Of a stretch of DNA of 64,000 nucleotides, positions 53,401-61,309 are shown piece by piece. The notes beneath the pieces were generated by a model, which saw only the letters and a program-made list of their open reading frames with translations, was not told the DNA's origin and did not search any database. This stretch comes from Harriotta raleighana. Its lineage: Eukaryota. Each line of letters begins with the position of its first letter. Positions within the stretch are counted from its first letter, which is position 1. The stretch is from NCBI GenBank assembly GCA_050575255.1, contig JBNZDD010013707.1, forward strand, positions 2,660,729 through 2,724,728. The letters run 5' to 3'. The position numbers were made by a program, and so were the translations under genes.

Positions 53401-56400
53401 ACGAAACCTTGGGCAAGTTTCTTTACGGCTAATAATAATCCACATGCCAAATAATAATCCCTCAAAAAAAAAAAAAAAATTAGTCAATTCAGTCCACGAC
53501 TATTGTGGGATACTGCTGTGGGAGAGGGTGAGGTGTTCGAAGGAGTGGAAAGAACCAGAAGAGTAGGGGGATAGGGCAAGTGGTGCCCTTATTTATAATT
53601 TACATTAATTATTGGGTTTCTTTCTCCAGAACCCCCTCCACCACTTGTCTCAGTTCGGATTATAAAAACAGTCGGCCAGAGCAGCCTGATGATTGATTGG
53701 GAGAAGCCTCGTGTGGATGAAAAGGGATCCAGCAATGATACATCTGTCCAAGGCTACAGGGTATGTTAGAGACTGTCGGCGAACAGCTTGCAACCACAGC
53801 ACAGAATTTTTTAACGTCAATGTAAACAGCAATCTGTTTCATAGAATTAGCTAATGTCTATTCATTAGCAAAAGAGAGACATTATTAATAATAATCCATA
53901 AATTCTGTGTTGTGCCTTATCATGTTGTTCAGACTCTCAAAGTGCTTCACAAATTCAGTGTCATAATATGTGAGCTGAAACCACGGTGGAGTATGCATTG
54001 CTCACACATTATGACATTGAAATTAATATTATTAATGATAGATAATAATGTTATTAATATCAATGCAGTAATTTTACATTAATTAAGCAATTCCTTCATT
54101 ATTGTAGTATTGCAGAATTAAAATGGCCAATTTTTAAAAATTGGATTTCACAGTTGATGCTGTATTTTTTCCTTAATTTCTCTTTGTTTCCACTGTCTCT
54201 CAGTCCTATTTTAACTTTTCACTTCAAATTTTGGGGAATGTGGAAAGGATTACTTCTAATGACACGTGAATTGGATTGTGGTGTTGAAAAGTTTAAACGA
54301 TGGTTGATAACTTTGCAATGTGGCATGTAAACCTCCAGAAGATAGATCAAATGCAACACCAACAACAATTTGCATTTACATGGCACCTCCATGCCAGCCG
54401 GCATCTCATATTGCTTCACAATGGCAGAGCTCGAAGCTGAGCCAGGGGAGGGGAAAGGTGACTGTAAGTGTGGTAGAAGAGAAAAGTCTTCAGGAATGAC
54501 CTGAAGATGGAAAAAGAGGGGTTGAGGTGAAGGAGTTGAGGGAGAGAGTTCCAAAGTTCCGGGTGTAGTGGCTGAAAACACGGCCACCAATGATGGAGCG
54601 GAGGATTCATGGGACAAAGAGGAGGCCGGACCCATTAGAGCAGAGACAGAGGGTACTGCTATGAGGAGAGAGGAGTTTAGAGAGATAGGGGTTGCAGAGG
54701 AGTGGAGATATTTAAACACAAGAGTAAGGATCTTGAAGTTGATCCACTTTGTGACAGGGAGCCAGTGGAGTTTGGCAAGGACTGGGGTAATCGGGGTACG
54801 GAGTTTGGTGTGGGTATGGAGTTTTGGATGAGTTTAATTTTGTGGATGCTGGAGGAGGGGAGACTAGCGAGGAGGGCATTAGAGTAATCCAGCTGAGAGG
54901 TGACAACGGCATGGACCAGTTTTTTGGCAGTTTTTGGGATGAGGCATTGATGGAGACAGGCAATGTAGTGGAGGTGGAAGAAAACGGTTCTTTTCAAGGA
55001 CTAGATGTGGGGGAGGAAGGATATCTGGGGCTCGAACTTGATGCCTAAGTTGTGCAGGGGTTTGGAGAGTTCTGTTTAATGCAAATATTGTTATCAGTGT
55101 GAAAATTAAGATCGTGGACATCTCTTGAAATATAAATTTGTATTGTATTTTCTCGAAAATCTGTTAAGGGTCCTGCATCATATGCAAGGATTATCTTTTT
55201 CACTCTTAAATTATTTTACTTGTTAGATATTCATTGATGGCGAATTTCACAAGTCAGTGATGGGATCAGACTGCACAAAGGTAAGGAACTATATATTATA
55301 CTGTATAATACTTTTTGAGAAAATATTCTTTGTTTGTTGGACTCAAAGTTGAAGTTCCTAGATTCTCCCCAAAACATCTTTAGTTCATGACAGATTAGAA
55401 TATTGTCCATTCTTTGTAATTCTAATGAATGATGAGAAAATAGTTTTGGAAAGTCCTGTCTTTTGGAATCGTAAACCAGGTGTTAAAACATTCAATAATA
55501 CAGCATAAGGCTCAGTAAATCTGAAACAAAAACAGAAGTCGCTGGGGACACAAACAGCAGGTCAGGCAGCATCTATGGAGAGAGGAAAAGTGAGTCAACA
55601 TTTCGGATCCATGCACCTTTGTCAGAACTGAATTGACGAAGTGTAATGGACCCGAAACGTTGACTCACTTTTCCTTTCTCCATAGATGTGGCCTGACCTG
55701 CTGAGTGTTCCCAGCAACTTCTGTTTTTTATTCAGATTTCCAGTATCTGCAGTATTTTGCGTTTTTTTTTAAGGTCAATAAATCTGCAGTTCTAGTTGCC
55801 TGAACAGCAATCATTAAAATTGCAGGGAAATGTTGCATTGTTACAATTGAGTGCATTTCCATGTGTGGATGGCTTACTTAATATTCGCACTGATATTAAT
55901 ATTTGCATTATGGCATATGTAATGTGGAATTCTCAGTCTGCTTTGAAAACTCATAAGCATGGTGATGGGTTTCTGCAAAAAAAAAAGAAACAATCGGAAA
56001 AATTCTGTGTAAATTCCTAGGACCATAGGAAAATGGGAACATTTCAAGAGCAAACTGAATATAAAAAAGTCGAACTGTAATAAAAAGTTTTTATGTAAAA
56101 TACGCATAAGGTGTTATCATACCGTAAGGATTATTTATTAACTAAGCTTCGTCATTCATTATGATTGTGCCTGAAACATTGTTGTCAACAACAGTTAATG
56201 CTGTCCCATAGCTCAGTGGTTAGAACACTCGCCTTGCTAGTGGGAGACCTGGGTTCAATTCCACCTTGGGCGAAATCTTACTCCACATGTCTGATAATAA
56301 GGCCTCGAAAAAAACCAAGAATAAATTGATCGCTTTAATCCAGGACTATTTGTGGGACGCTACTGTGCGTAATTGGCTGCCATGTTTCTCCCACAAATAT

Positions 56401-59400
56401 ACAGTCAATTCACTTTACAGTGTATTCTGTGAAGCGCTTTGAGATGTCTAGAAGACATGAAAAGCACTATATCAAATGCAAGAATGATGATGATTATTAT
56501 TATTGTCAGTCTGGCTTACTCTCACTTCTGAGTCAGAATGTTGTTGGTTCAAATATCACATTGAGCCTTGAGCTCATAGTGTAATTTTAATACTCCAGTA
56601 TAGTGCTGGGAGAGTCCTGCAGTGTTGGATGTGTGGTGCTGTGGTCAGGCAACCTCTCCTGAAGTGTCTGAAGTTCTGGTGACTCAACATAGGGGAGGCC
56701 TTAGAATTAGTACAGAGAGCAATGAATATGATTCACAGTGTCTGCAGAAAATATACTTTGGAGTATAACATCCAAAGTATAGTTCTGCTTCTTGCTAAAG
56801 ACTATCCAAGCTTCAGTAGCTGTGTTTAATGTGTTAATGCTTTGGTAGATCTTGTAAACTTAGAGATGAGTTTCCTGCATCTCCCATAGGGATATGATTA
56901 AACTTCTTTTCATGTATCACTTTGTTAGGTTAGCATGCAAATTTAATTAAAGACAAGGGCTCAATAAGTTTGATGTCTTTGCAGCAAATGAGCTGGATGA
57001 AAGGCAAATTAATTCCTGCCTTGCGTGCTTACAGAAGATTTTGTTAAAGTGTAGCTAAACATGATGATGGTCTTCGCACAGTATGTGATGTGAGAATTTT
57101 CACTTTTAAAATCGCGTTAAACTGGTATTCCCTGAACTGCTGCTCTCCACCTTGGTGGCAAATTCAAAGATGCCATTCTCTCAAAGAAGGAATTAAAGGG
57201 AATTCAGAAACAAATACTCCACAGAGCACTGGGACATCAGGAGCGGAATGTCTCACAGAGTGTTATTTAGCACTGCACATACCAACTTTTTCACTTTATT
57301 CATTTAATGTTATTATTCACTTCATTTCAATCACTGGAGGAGTTTGATGATCTGCAACAGTTTAACGTGATGGATAATTTTCCTTTCTGTTCTGGATGTT
57401 TGATCTGTGGTTCTGACCATGTGGATACATTGTCCAGCTCTGAACATCAAACAACACGGTCAGATTTTCACAGTCCTTTTTTTCCAGGGTAAATCATTAC
57501 AGGATATCGACCACATCTTGCCATTACATCTCCTTTTATGGGAAAATGACATTCATGTGGGTTTGACGATTACTTTGCCAAGCCCAATTACATTACCTTT
57601 TCATTTGAGTAAAGAAATTGATGTCAAGGGACCTGGCCATTTAATCTTGGCAAGTGAATGCTGAAGCACTGCCGCAGGTCCAGATCAGATTGGTTGATGG
57701 GTGTCAAGGATTTTTGTTGCCTTCATCCACCAAATTCATTGATGCTGGGAACAGGAATGCAGCCCAGTGCTCCCTCGATGACCCTTCGATATGTTTTCAA
57801 GGATTCCGAGATTCTACCCCGCTTAAAGGGGTGCAGTAAAAATATAAGTTATTGTTTTTTCTATATTGTATTTAATCCATCAATTATGCGATCTGTTTTC
57901 TTCCATGTGTTAATAATAGACTGTGCTGGAAGATCTTGATCTAACTGTACCATTCCAAGTCAGTGTTCAGACAGTTGGAGCCAACGGTCTGGTGTCTGGG
58001 AAGGTTACTGTCCTCTTTCAGAATTGCCAACCACAAAAGAAGTCTTTGCCTGAACTGTCCTGTCTTTCAACAGCCATCTATCCTAGTGACTGCTCTGAGA
58101 AATTTCAGGTATGGATTTTTCGCAGGCTTTCTATTGAAACGTTGGCTTCTCCAAGATTGAAAACGCCTGAGGGAGCTAGTTAAGTGAACTGTTTAATCTG
58201 ACTAAAGGCATAAAGGGACTCTGCTGGTAGTAAGTTATCTCACTAGCCAATTTCCCAGATGTATGCAATATGACAAAAGAAAGAACAAAGTTATTGCTGT
58301 GATGTGGTTCTGGCTGCAGGCCCAACCATGTGCTGGATTGTGAGTGGGGGTGGGGTGCAGTGGTTACACATGCAACCAGTCTTTAGTCATCGGCCTCTTT
58401 AATTGCATTGATCCACAATGTGATAATTACCACCAACATCAATCAACACTCAACAGGTTGCAATTTTCACTTTTATATTTTGAAAGGTTTTTATCCTACA
58501 ATTACTGTACACAGGAATGTTTGAATCAGCCTTACAAAAGCCACGCTGGGAGCAAGTATTTCTCCCACTTGGCTCCTGTTAATCCTCCAAGGCAAATCCC
58601 TAAATGGATAGGCTGGTCCTATCTGGAGAAGCAGTGGGAAACTTGCTGTCAATTATATGGTATTTAATACAACAACAAAATTACATTTGTATATAGTGCC
58701 TTTCATGTCAGCAGGAGGCCCCAAGGTGCTGGACAGTCAGAGTTTCAGACCTAAACTGGGGGAATCGGGATCGTGGAGGGCAAGGTTGGAAGGAGGGTGA
58801 CCAAAGGCAAGGTTGAAGTGGAGGGTTTTGAGATGGGTGTTGTGGAGGTAAGGGAGTGGGAGAATCTTAGGTGTTACAGGATGGAGTTCCAGAGAGTAGG
58901 GGCAGAGCGGCTGAAGGTGCGCCCACCAATGTTGGGGTCTTGAAACAAGGATATGAGGCAGGCTGGAGCTCAAGTAGTGGAGGAAGTGGGCAGGTTGTCA
59001 GGCAATCACAGAGGTAGGATGGAACAAGGCCATGGAGGGCTTTGAAAGTGAGGACCAAGACTGTATGAACTGTATCTTCTGTGTGATGGGAAGCCAGTGT
59101 AGTCGGACAAGGGTGGGGGTGATAGGGTCGCGGTGTCTGGTGTGGGAGATAGGGTGAGTGGCTCGGTAGAATGTGGTGTGAGACAGTGGCAGTTTGGCGT
59201 TATTGNGACCAGGGCTGTTTCCGTGCTGTGTGCGATTGGAGAAGGTTGTGAAGCACAATTGGAGGGGGTTATGAAGAGAGTGACTGGAGAGGAAGGAGCA
59301 AAGCTGGCAAGCAATGACTCCTTCCTTGATTTTGGAAAGGAAAGGGAGGTTGGAGATGCAAAGTAATAGATGAAGGCCATTTGTAATGGGGTGGGAATGA

Positions 59401-60804
59401 TGACAGTGTACAGCGAGTGGTTTACGAAGTTGTGTAGAAACCAGCATGCGAGGGGGGATTGGGAGGGGCTAGTCGGAGAGGCAGCTGAGTGGATCCCCTT
59501 GGGTTTGGTGTCGAGGAAGTCCAGCATCTCCTCGCAGTTGGAGTTGGAGGAGAGGATGGGTGAGGTTTGAGTATGTGGATGGAGGTGTCTGTTTGTGATG
59601 GAGAAGAGGAGTCTGGGGTTGACATTAGCCTCCCAAGTTTATATAGGAGTATAAGGATGATTCAAGTGCCCTGAGTGTCTCCATATAAATGCAAGTTGGA
59701 ACGTCTTCCCAACACAAAAGTTGCTATACAAATGTAATTTTGTTGTTGCTGCTATGCGATTTAGGCTGGTTACATTCCAGTAATTTACCAACATACTCTG
59801 GGGTACCCAGGCCTTAGTTCTCCTGGGAAAGTGCACAGACCCACAGAAATTTCTATGTGTAGATGACTTGCGTATGTGGCATTCTCAGTCTAGCTTGGAT
59901 ACTCTTAAACATGGGGATGGGTTTCCACCTGGCTAGGCAATAAGAAAAGCACCAAGTCATATGATGACATCCAATAACTGAACAATCTGATGATGTCCTC
60001 ACTCATAAATAGCTGATAGATTATCATGAGTCATCTGCTGAAGTAGCTGAATGGATAAGTAGCTGAAGTAGCTGATCCATACACATCATATCACTTTGGG
60101 AGGATGTCCCAAAGTGCCTTACCAGATTGTTTTCTTTGAAGTGTAGTTCCTACAAATTGGTTCCTGCGTTTGTCTGTAAAATACACTATACTACGCTTTA
60201 TTGTATAAATAATCTTGATAGTAATAGACCTTACATTTGGAATACCAATATATCATTTTGGGAAGTTGTCCCAAAGTGTTTCACAATATTTATTGTGAAG
60301 TGTAGTGACTGTATATTTTTATGTGAATGCTGCAGCCCACAACGATGGCCTACAAACAGCCATGAAACAAATGGCCAATTTTATATGGGGGATTGTTGGC
60401 CAGTGCTCTGGGAGAAACTCCCTTCTCTTTCGAATAGTGTTATGGGATCTTGAACAGGAAAACTGGCTCTCAGTCTAATATCTCATCGAAAGGACGGTAC
60501 ATCCGACAATGTAGCACACCCCCAGCGCTGCATTGTGCTGAGTGTCATCTGAGATTGTGAGTTCATGTCCCAACGTAGACTTGAACCCACAGCCTTCTGA
60601 CTCAGAGATAAGAATGAAAGCAACTGAGTCATGCTGACACACTGCTGTGTCGTGTGAAGTGCCTTGAAACATCTTTCCAACATGAAAGCTGCAATCCAAA
60701 TGAAGAATTATAATTACAGTATTTTATTTCCTTTTTCAATTTAGGAAATCAAATCATCTCAGGATTGCTCCCTCTTGTCGACACGTAATCCTAAAGCAAG
60801 AATG
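13790..60804 (+). CDS. C4orf50: C4orf50-like multi-exon gene (long coiled coil, DUF4527-like segment, SH3, FN3); 3' end beyond the window
   Basis: Chain of about 23 GT-AG exons with compatible phases, listed separately. [35 protein letters not shown]...[10 protein letters not shown] resembles recalled C4orf50 sequence (AVTPLKAKLASLVQKCRERN.LITHLLQELHRHG...DVALAEY). Position directly downstream of JAKMIP1 matches human synteny. Confidence 0.8.
14082..16400 (+). CDS. C4orf50: C4orf50-like giant coiled-coil exon (773 codons from the first ATG; exon probably starts at 13790)
   Basis: E/K/L/Q-rich heptad ORF. The donor cag|gtatat at 16400 (phase 0) coincides with the loss of coiled-coil composition. 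Confidence 0.9.
16905..17170 (-). mobile_element. tRNA-derived SINE, partial
   Basis: tccttgcatttgatatagcg...tcacagaatat...gcggcagccaattgcgcacagcag is the reverse complement of the family body. Confidence 0.8.
17580..17868 (+). mobile_element. tRNA-derived SINE
   Basis: Near-identical to 24490-24779. Confidence 0.85.
18465..18619 (+). CDS. C4orf50: C4orf50-like exon ([12 protein letters not shown]...EAALQSR)
   Basis: ttcacag acceptor, ag|gtaaag donor; phase 0-2; coiled-coil translation. Confidence 0.85.
18720..18960 (+). mobile_element. Older tRNA-derived SINE (DeuSINE/SacSINE-like), diverged
   Basis: ggctcagttggta...gttcaagccc head followed by a gctgacactcc...cagtgctg...gtccttcagatgag...ttaaacc body. 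Related copies at about 9445-9760, 56510-56640 and 60300-60635 (minus). Family name is inferred. Confidence 0.6.
20826..20973 (+). CDS. C4orf50: C4orf50-like exon ([18 protein letters not shown]...QTAV)
   Basis: tgtttag acceptor, gtg|gtaaga donor; phase 2-0, which matches the preceding exon. Confidence 0.85.
22358..22760 (-). mobile_element. L2 3'-end fragment
   Basis: caacaaattacatttgtatagcg tail and antisense LK..LFDRAF motif. Confidence 0.7.
22888..23556 (+). CDS. C4orf50: C4orf50-like exon ([22 protein letters not shown]...PPESAL)
   Basis: tttttccag acceptor, ctg|gtaagc donor; 669 nt, phase 0-0; coiled coil. Confidence 0.9.
23605..24062. mobile_element. Tc1/mariner (Tigger/pogo-like) MITE
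   Basis: 21-bp terminal inverted repeats cagtaaaagcccgtttatccg / cggataaacaggcttttactg (one mismatch), flanked by TA on both sides; no transposase ORF. Confidence 0.9.
24441..24779 (+). mobile_element. Full-length tRNA-derived SINE (best-preserved copy)
   Basis: A-box tggctcagtgg, B-box gttcgaatcc, conserved body and (tta)n tail; more than 12 copies in the window. Confidence 0.9.
24887..24949 (+). CDS. C4orf50: C4orf50-like small exon ([21 protein letters not shown])
   Basis: gttctag acceptor, aag|gtgaga donor; 63 nt, phase 0-0, open. Confidence 0.75.
25080..26157 (+). mobile_element. 5'-truncated CR1 LINE
   Basis: [30 protein letters not shown] and [19 protein letters not shown] motifs with stops and frameshifts; 3' (ttcttatg)n tail. 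Confidence 0.93.
27339..27758 (+). CDS. C4orf50: C4orf50-like exon ([19 protein letters not shown]...EVVRQ)
   Basis: tttttcag acceptor, cag|gtaact donor; 420 nt, phase 0-0. Confidence 0.85.
29346..29432 (+). CDS. C4orf50: C4orf50-like small exon ([19 protein letters not shown]...)
   Basis: Long pyrimidine tract ending ccttcag; donor aca|gtaagt at 29432, with an alternative gtg|gtgagc at 29402; phase 0-0. Confidence 0.65.
30502..30573 (+). CDS. C4orf50: C4orf50-like small exon ([24 protein letters not shown])
   Basis: tcctctcacag acceptor, cag|gtaaaa donor; 72 nt, phase 0-0. Confidence 0.75.
30723..31030 (+). mobile_element. tRNA-derived SINE
   Basis: A and B boxes, family body and tail. 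Confidence 0.85.
31337..31522 (+). mobile_element. SINE 3' half
   Basis: Near-identical to 24590-24779. Confidence 0.85.
31606..31735 (+). CDS. C4orf50: C4orf50-like exon ([19 protein letters not shown]...MIIA)
   Basis: ctgtgcag acceptor, a|gtatgg donor; phase 0-1, matching the phase-1 start of the next exon. Confidence 0.65.
31876..32015 (+). CDS. C4orf50: C4orf50-like exon ([19 protein letters not shown]...SSDVEQ)
   Basis: ttaacag acceptor, cag|gtgaga donor; phase 1-0. Confidence 0.75.
33027..34643 (+). CDS. C4orf50: C4orf50-like large coiled-coil exon (539 codons)
   Basis: ttatccacag acceptor, cag|gtaagc donor; 1617 nt, phase 0-0. Confidence 0.9.
35048..35188 (+). repeat. One arm of a Penelope-terminus-like repeat
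   Basis: ctgacaaagggtcgtggacctgaaaagttgactc...agatgctgcctgacctgctg; same family as 55518-55765. Confidence 0.65.
35601..35741 (+). CDS. C4orf50: C4orf50-like exon ([20 protein letters not shown]...QPRIE)
   Basis: ttctcatgaag acceptor, gag|gtaata donor; 141 nt, open, phase 0-0. Confidence 0.7.
35836..36112 (+). mobile_element. tRNA-derived SINE
   Basis: A and B boxes, family body and tail. Confidence 0.85.
37830..37844 (+). promoter_or_regulatory. Candidate CTCF site
   Basis: ccactagatggcagc matches the CTCF core consensus CCASYAGRKGGCRS; motif evidence only. Confidence 0.45.
38533..38655 (+). CDS. C4orf50: C4orf50-like exon ([18 protein letters not shown]...LMKRE)
   Basis: ctgtgtag acceptor, gag|gtaact donor; 123 nt, phase 0-0. 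Confidence 0.78.
39358..39414 (+). CDS. C4orf50: C4orf50-like exon ([19 protein letters not shown])
   Basis: ttctcttcag acceptor, aag|gtagca donor; 57 nt; resembles C4orf50 ...EANLAVTPLK. Confidence 0.85.
40183..40365 (+). CDS. C4orf50: C4orf50-like exon, DUF4527-like core ([25 protein letters not shown]...)
   Basis: ttgcag acceptor, gtg|gtatga donor; 183 nt, phase 0-0; the most recognisable C4orf50 segment. Confidence 0.88.
41418..41463 (+). CDS. C4orf50: C4orf50-like mini-exon ([15 protein letters not shown])
   Basis: ccttcgttctag acceptor, aag|gttagc donor; supplies the phase 0-to-1 change needed before 42205. Confidence 0.65.
41536..41589 (+). CDS. C4orf50: Possible mini-exon ([18 protein letters not shown])
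   Basis: ctttattag acceptor, cag|gtttgg donor; 54 nt, phase 1-1; the upstream intron would be only 72 nt. Confidence 0.4.
42205..42347 (+). CDS. C4orf50: C4orf50-like exon, SH3 N-terminal half (...[23 protein letters not shown])
   Basis: attttag acceptor, gtt|gtgagt donor; phase 1-0; CVANADYHP is equivalent to the SH3 ALYDY motif. Confidence 0.82.
42400..42800 (+). mobile_element. tRNA-derived SINE (longer subfamily)
   Basis: cactcgcctcgcaagcgagag head, family body and tcaaatgcaaggatt tail. Confidence 0.8.
44370..45459. mobile_element. Tigger-like DNA transposon remnant with an internal GC-rich minisatellite, nested in a SINE
   Basis: Right end acgagggttaactg+ta resembles a Tigger/pogo TIR. 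The flanks (44290-44369 and 45460-45595) join into one minus-strand SINE. A unit of about 30 bp (ccccacaccctcgagcggctctctgctccca) repeats at 44810-45135. Confidence 0.6.
45958..46200 (+). CDS. C4orf50: C4orf50-like exon, SH3 C-terminal half ([39 protein letters not shown]...[13 protein letters not shown])
   Basis: cttatcag acceptor, cag|gtaaac donor; 243 nt, phase 0-0; LPL..GD.I.V.G..D..G.Y..E..G..GLVP..F is the RIM-BP-type SH3 pattern. Confidence 0.9.
46831..47165 (+). mobile_element. tRNA-derived SINE
   Basis: gtagctcagtggttagagc head with family body and tail. Confidence 0.8.
47210..47573 (+). CDS. C4orf50: C4orf50-like linker exon ([14 protein letters not shown]...PTMAQ)
   Basis: tctctacag acceptor, aag|gtaaat donor; phase 0-1. 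Confidence 0.8.
49436..52900 (-). mobile_element. Near full-length-ORF2 L2 LINE (APE endonuclease and reverse transcriptase), inactivated
   Basis: Endonuclease motif MALTETWI...RGGGVALI; RT motifs [29 protein letters not shown] and [13 protein letters not shown]. Several frameshifts; YADD reads DADD. (ttg)-type 3' tail at about 49436. Confidence 0.95.
53330..53520 (+). mobile_element. tRNA-derived SINE, 3'-truncated
   Basis: Intact A and B boxes; the body stops at gatactgctgtg. Confidence 0.8.
53630..53760 (+). CDS. C4orf50: C4orf50-like exon, FN3 part 1 ([44 protein letters not shown])
   Basis: tttctttctccag acceptor, agg|gtatgt donor; phase 1-0. PP..V...S+.+.W..P....G.SN...V.GY resembles RIM-BP FN3. 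Not in the supplied ORF track. Confidence 0.88.
54355..55060 (-). mobile_element. L2 LINE 3' fragment, diverged
   Basis: [23 protein letters not shown] and LWNSLP motifs on the minus strand; caacaac tail. Confidence 0.85.
55227..55280 (+). CDS. C4orf50: C4orf50-like exon, FN3 part 2 ([18 protein letters not shown])
   Basis: cttgttag acceptor, aag|gtaagg donor; 54 nt, phase 0-0; continues GYR-IFIDG. Confidence 0.85.
55518..55765. repeat. About 240-bp imperfect inverted repeat (hairpin) of a Penelope-terminus-like sequence
   Basis: 55518-55628 is the reverse complement of about 55633-55739 (e.g. cagcaggtcaggcagcatctatggaga / tctccatagatgtggcctgacctgctg). Confidence 0.8.
56203..56503 (+). mobile_element. 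tRNA-derived SINE
   Basis: A and B boxes, family body and tail. Confidence 0.85.
57920..58108 (+). CDS. C4orf50: C4orf50-like exon, FN3 part 3 ([29 protein letters not shown]...EKFQ)
   Basis: aatag acceptor, cag|gtatgg donor; 189 nt, phase 0-0; L.DL.....V.VQ.V...G.S is the FN3 E-F-G strand pattern. Confidence 0.85.
58670..59625 (-). mobile_element. L2 LINE fragment with internal deletions
   Basis: [23 protein letters not shown] and [10 protein letters not shown] motifs; L2 tail at 58670. Confidence 0.88.
60745..60804 (+). CDS. C4orf50: C4orf50-like exon ([20 protein letters not shown]), last one visible
   Basis: ttttcaatttag acceptor, atg|gtaagt donor; 60 nt, phase 0-0. Confidence 0.7.
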
Positions 60805-61309
60805 GTAAGTCAACCTAAATTAGTTACTAGGATTTATAGAGCATCTCAAATCTCTTGGTGTGCTGGTCAAAAGAATAAATAGGTTTTCACCTCAAGCTTG
60901 AGAACTTTGCTGTGAGTAAAATGGCTACAGAATTATTTTACAAAAATGTCACTACATATACTGGTAATTACTGTTCAAAGCTTGAAACGCTTTTTGTGTG
61001 AAAGGTGCCATATAAATGTAAGTTGTTGTGATAGGGGCTTTGCAAGTTCTTTTTGTTTTATAGAATTTTCAAAACCGTGCAACTGTGCCATGTTTCAAGC
61101 ACAAGTGCATTACTTGTTCGGATATAAAGGGATATGGTTTATTACTGATCAGAGGTACAAAAACAGCAACAAAAACTTTTAATTACATAGTACCCTTTGC
61201 ATAGGGCAATGTCTCAGAGAGCTTTTTTGGACACCAAGTGGTAGAGAGGGAAAGAGGAGGTGTCCCAGCCTCAGCCATTGTTTTAAAATTTATATTTAAG
61301 ATTGTGCAG

